Assembly: GCA_904063045.1 (NCBI GenBank)
Contig: CAJFCJ010000049.1
Coordinates: 62,001-126,000 of the forward strand
Direction of reading: 5' to 3'
Origin: Dimorphilus gyrociliatus
Lineage: Eukaryota > Animalia > Annelida
DNA: 64,000 nucleotides
Shown: positions 61,446 to 64,000 of the stretch, one piece after another
Layout: each line of letters starts with the position of its first letter
How positions within the stretch are numbered: position 1 is the first letter of the stretch
Made by a program: the position numbers and the translations under genes
The notes under the pieces: model-generated
Told to the model about the DNA's origin: nothing
Database searches by the model: none
What the model saw: only the letters and a program-made list of their open reading frames with translations

Positions 61446-63370
61446 TTTTTTAATAAAAAAGACCAAACCCAGATAAAAAAAATATAAAAAAGTAAAGTAT
61501 ATGATTTAATAATTTTAATCATAGGAAAGTTTATTGTTTCAAATCTTGTAATAGTTATAAACAATAAACTTAATGTTGATAATTGAATTGAAAAACTTGC
61601 AAAACATCCAATAATTGAACAACTGACACTATTTCTCCATTTATAATCATTTTCTACATATTTATTTCTAAACATTATATCAACTATTCCAATTGAAATG
61701 AAATACAATGAAATATTCAAATCTGCATATGACAAACTCAAACGGAAATAATTTTTTGGTTTTTTTGAAAAGATTATTGAAGAAAAATTTTTAATGAATG
61801 ACATAATGCCAATTACCCGTAAAAGAATACGTATTAATTTTGATTATAATAAATCAGAGCAAGAATTGAATAATGACTCATTTGGTTCACAATTTTTTAT
61901 ATTTTTTGAATATTTCCATGCAAAACAACATAATTCAAAATGTTCACTTGAAAGATTTACTAACATTTTCAATTTTTTAATAATATACCTTCCATTTTCC
62001 ATACGTACAAAAGATTTTTGTAATGAGAGTGATATTAGAGAGACAATATCAATAAAGGAGTTATTATCAATCTGTTTGATTTTACATTCACTTAAATCAA
62101 GATATTGAAGATTTTTACATTTGCGAAAAAGTTCATCTGATATTATTGATAAATTAGTTTTTGATAAGATAAGCTGTCTTAGTTTAGGAAAAACTGTATA
62201 TGTAAAATTTCCAAAAATTATATTATTACTACTCAGATTTAAAGTCTGAAGCTTTTTTAATGGGGATTCCAACATTGTATTTAAACAAATTAATTTATTA
62301 TTTTGAATATTGAAAAGAATAAATTGGGAAATTTTTTGGCAACTTCATCAACATTAATCCTACTTAAAGTTACTGTGACATGCGTAACAGTAACATATTG
62401 TTCAAGAAAAAAATGTTTAAAATTTATTCCTATTTGTGAAAGGCAAATACTCTTCCAAAAATATTTCTGACTTTTATTTAACCAATTGGAAGTTGTTTGT
62501 TTTTGGTTAAAATTACAATTTAAAGCATAAAATGACTGACAAATACAATTTTCGGGACATTTGAATATTGCATTACAGTATAATTCATCACTTCCCAGAA
62601 GACAATCTACAAATCCATTACATACATCTGAGAGAATAATGTAAAATTTCTCATTTCTACATTTGAAAACACCTCTTGGTTTAAAATTTTCTGATTTTGT
62701 AAACAAATAATAATAAAATATAAAGATTTTAAATATACAGTATATAAAATGTTAATTTCATTAATTAAACACAATCTCTTTCATCATCATTTTCTGGACA
62801 ATGTAAAATACCATCGCAAATTTGTTTTATTGAAATGCAATAATTATTTAATCTACACAGATATTCACCAATTTCACATTTTGAAACATTATAACCTCTC
62901 AATGCAAGAAATGGATAATCTGTCTTTTATCAAAATTAGAGAAACAAGCAAAACCTGTGAACTTTTTCTCTTAGCACCTTACTGCCAATCCATAAAAACC
63001 AGAATCTTGAAGTACTATTTCACAACTGTAAAGTCATTTTTCAAAAACATGGCAATCTTTTAAACTATACAATACATGTTTTTGTTTTAAAAGACTAAAA
63101 TCAGAGCACATTTCAGGTGATGACTAGAAAATTCAAGGATTTGTCAACATTTATGTAATTACCATATGTATGTTATTACTTTATCAGATATTGGGAAAAC
63201 TTGAAATATAGGATTAAGTATTTTGTTTTGGTTCCAACACAGAAGTAATGCTACTTTTTCAATATTTTCAGAGAGTGCAAATCCTAAAGGACTAGTATCA
63301 AATGATTTGGATTTTGCTATAAAAGTCGTTTCAGAATGTATATTATTGTCATAGAATATTTTATACAAGA
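61446..63370 (-). pseudogene. GRL101/RXFP-like LDLa-LRR GPCR pseudogene
   Basis: LDLa repeats (CEIGEYLC..ICDGILHC.ENDDERDC; VCNGFVDCLLGSDELYC), CPENCIC, LRRs (LQTLNLSSNNI, LQYLDLSECKI), hinge LCC..C.P..FNSCSDLL, TM2-TM3 (LSYADL..LY; WRNS..CSIIG..ITITRF). TM1 is deleted and the gene is truncated in TM4. Confidence 0.88.
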
Positions 63371-63599
63371 AATCTGGTGTTGGTTCGATCTTAAAATCTA
63401 AAATTAAAAAATATATATTTCAAAAGCTTCTACATCCATCTTTTAAATAGACGTACCATTAATCTCCGGAAAATGACATGTAAATCCTTTGTAATTTATG
63501 TCAGGGATACTTTCTATTTTATTAGTAAAATACATGAACCCAGATATCAGAAATATTAGGCTGTTCTGGGCACGTTAGACAATAAAGAAGCAGCTGGTC

Positions 63600-63890
63600 T
63601 AGTGCACCAAGCACACATTCCCTGGCAAGAATAATGGTTATCCTCAGGGAGAGCTTATTGGGTGTTGAACGAAAAGACAACTATAAGAAGGATGATAAAA
63701 GAATGCCAACGATGCATTAGGTATAGATTGAAAATGAGGTATCAGAGAGGCAGCAATAAATCCTACACTTTCGAAATTGGAGAATGACTGGAAGTGATCT
63801 TATTTTTTGGGCTCGATTACTTCAGTCTGTTCAAGTTGAAAAAGGCTGTCAAATACTACGTGCTATTTCTTATACGTCTGCAGACAGGAT
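63600..63890 (+). mobile_element. BEL/Pao LTR-retrotransposon integrase remnant
   Basis: AYWVLNEKTTIRRMIKECQRCIRYR (H2C2 finger) and GLDYFSLF.LK..KYYVLFLIRLQT, resembling GxDYFGP..K.Y..LFTCLxTR. Confidence 0.75.
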
Positions 63891-64000
63891 AGTAAGGCTT
63901 TAGATTAATGTTTAAATCCATGGCCAAAGAGGATGGAAAATATCTATATCACCATATTTTTTGTCTGTTACTCAATAATCTTCTTCTCAGACTACGCTAC

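Overview
AT-rich eukaryotic (animal, probably lophotrochozoan) genomic DNA with short GT-AG introns of about 50-60 nt. The gene content and intron size resemble a compact-genome annelid such as Dimorphilus, but that is inference only. The window is a transposon-riddled accessory region. Transposons: a Penelope-like retroelement (RT, degenerate GIY-YIG region) with a downstream SGNH-like ORF; one intact spliced Mutator (PHD-like/FLYWCH/DDE) element with a 9-bp TSD plus about six decayed relatives; one intact Tc1-type element (DD35E) plus remnants; a BEL/Pao integrase remnant; and a non-autonomous TIR family whose arms carry telomere-like TTAGGG/G4 motifs. Host genes: six copies of a secreted 2x discoidin-like + FAMeT-like family, a double F-type lectin, a CASPR-type fibrinogen-like protein, an intronless RI-type LRR protein, a 71-aa RING-only protein, a GNAT, and pseudogenes of SID-1/SIDT, DEG/ENaC, a GRL101-like GPCR and GDPHF-domain proteins. 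There is no CRISPR array and no recognisable rRNA or tRNA. All alignments, translations and counts were done by eye, and many boundaries are approximate.
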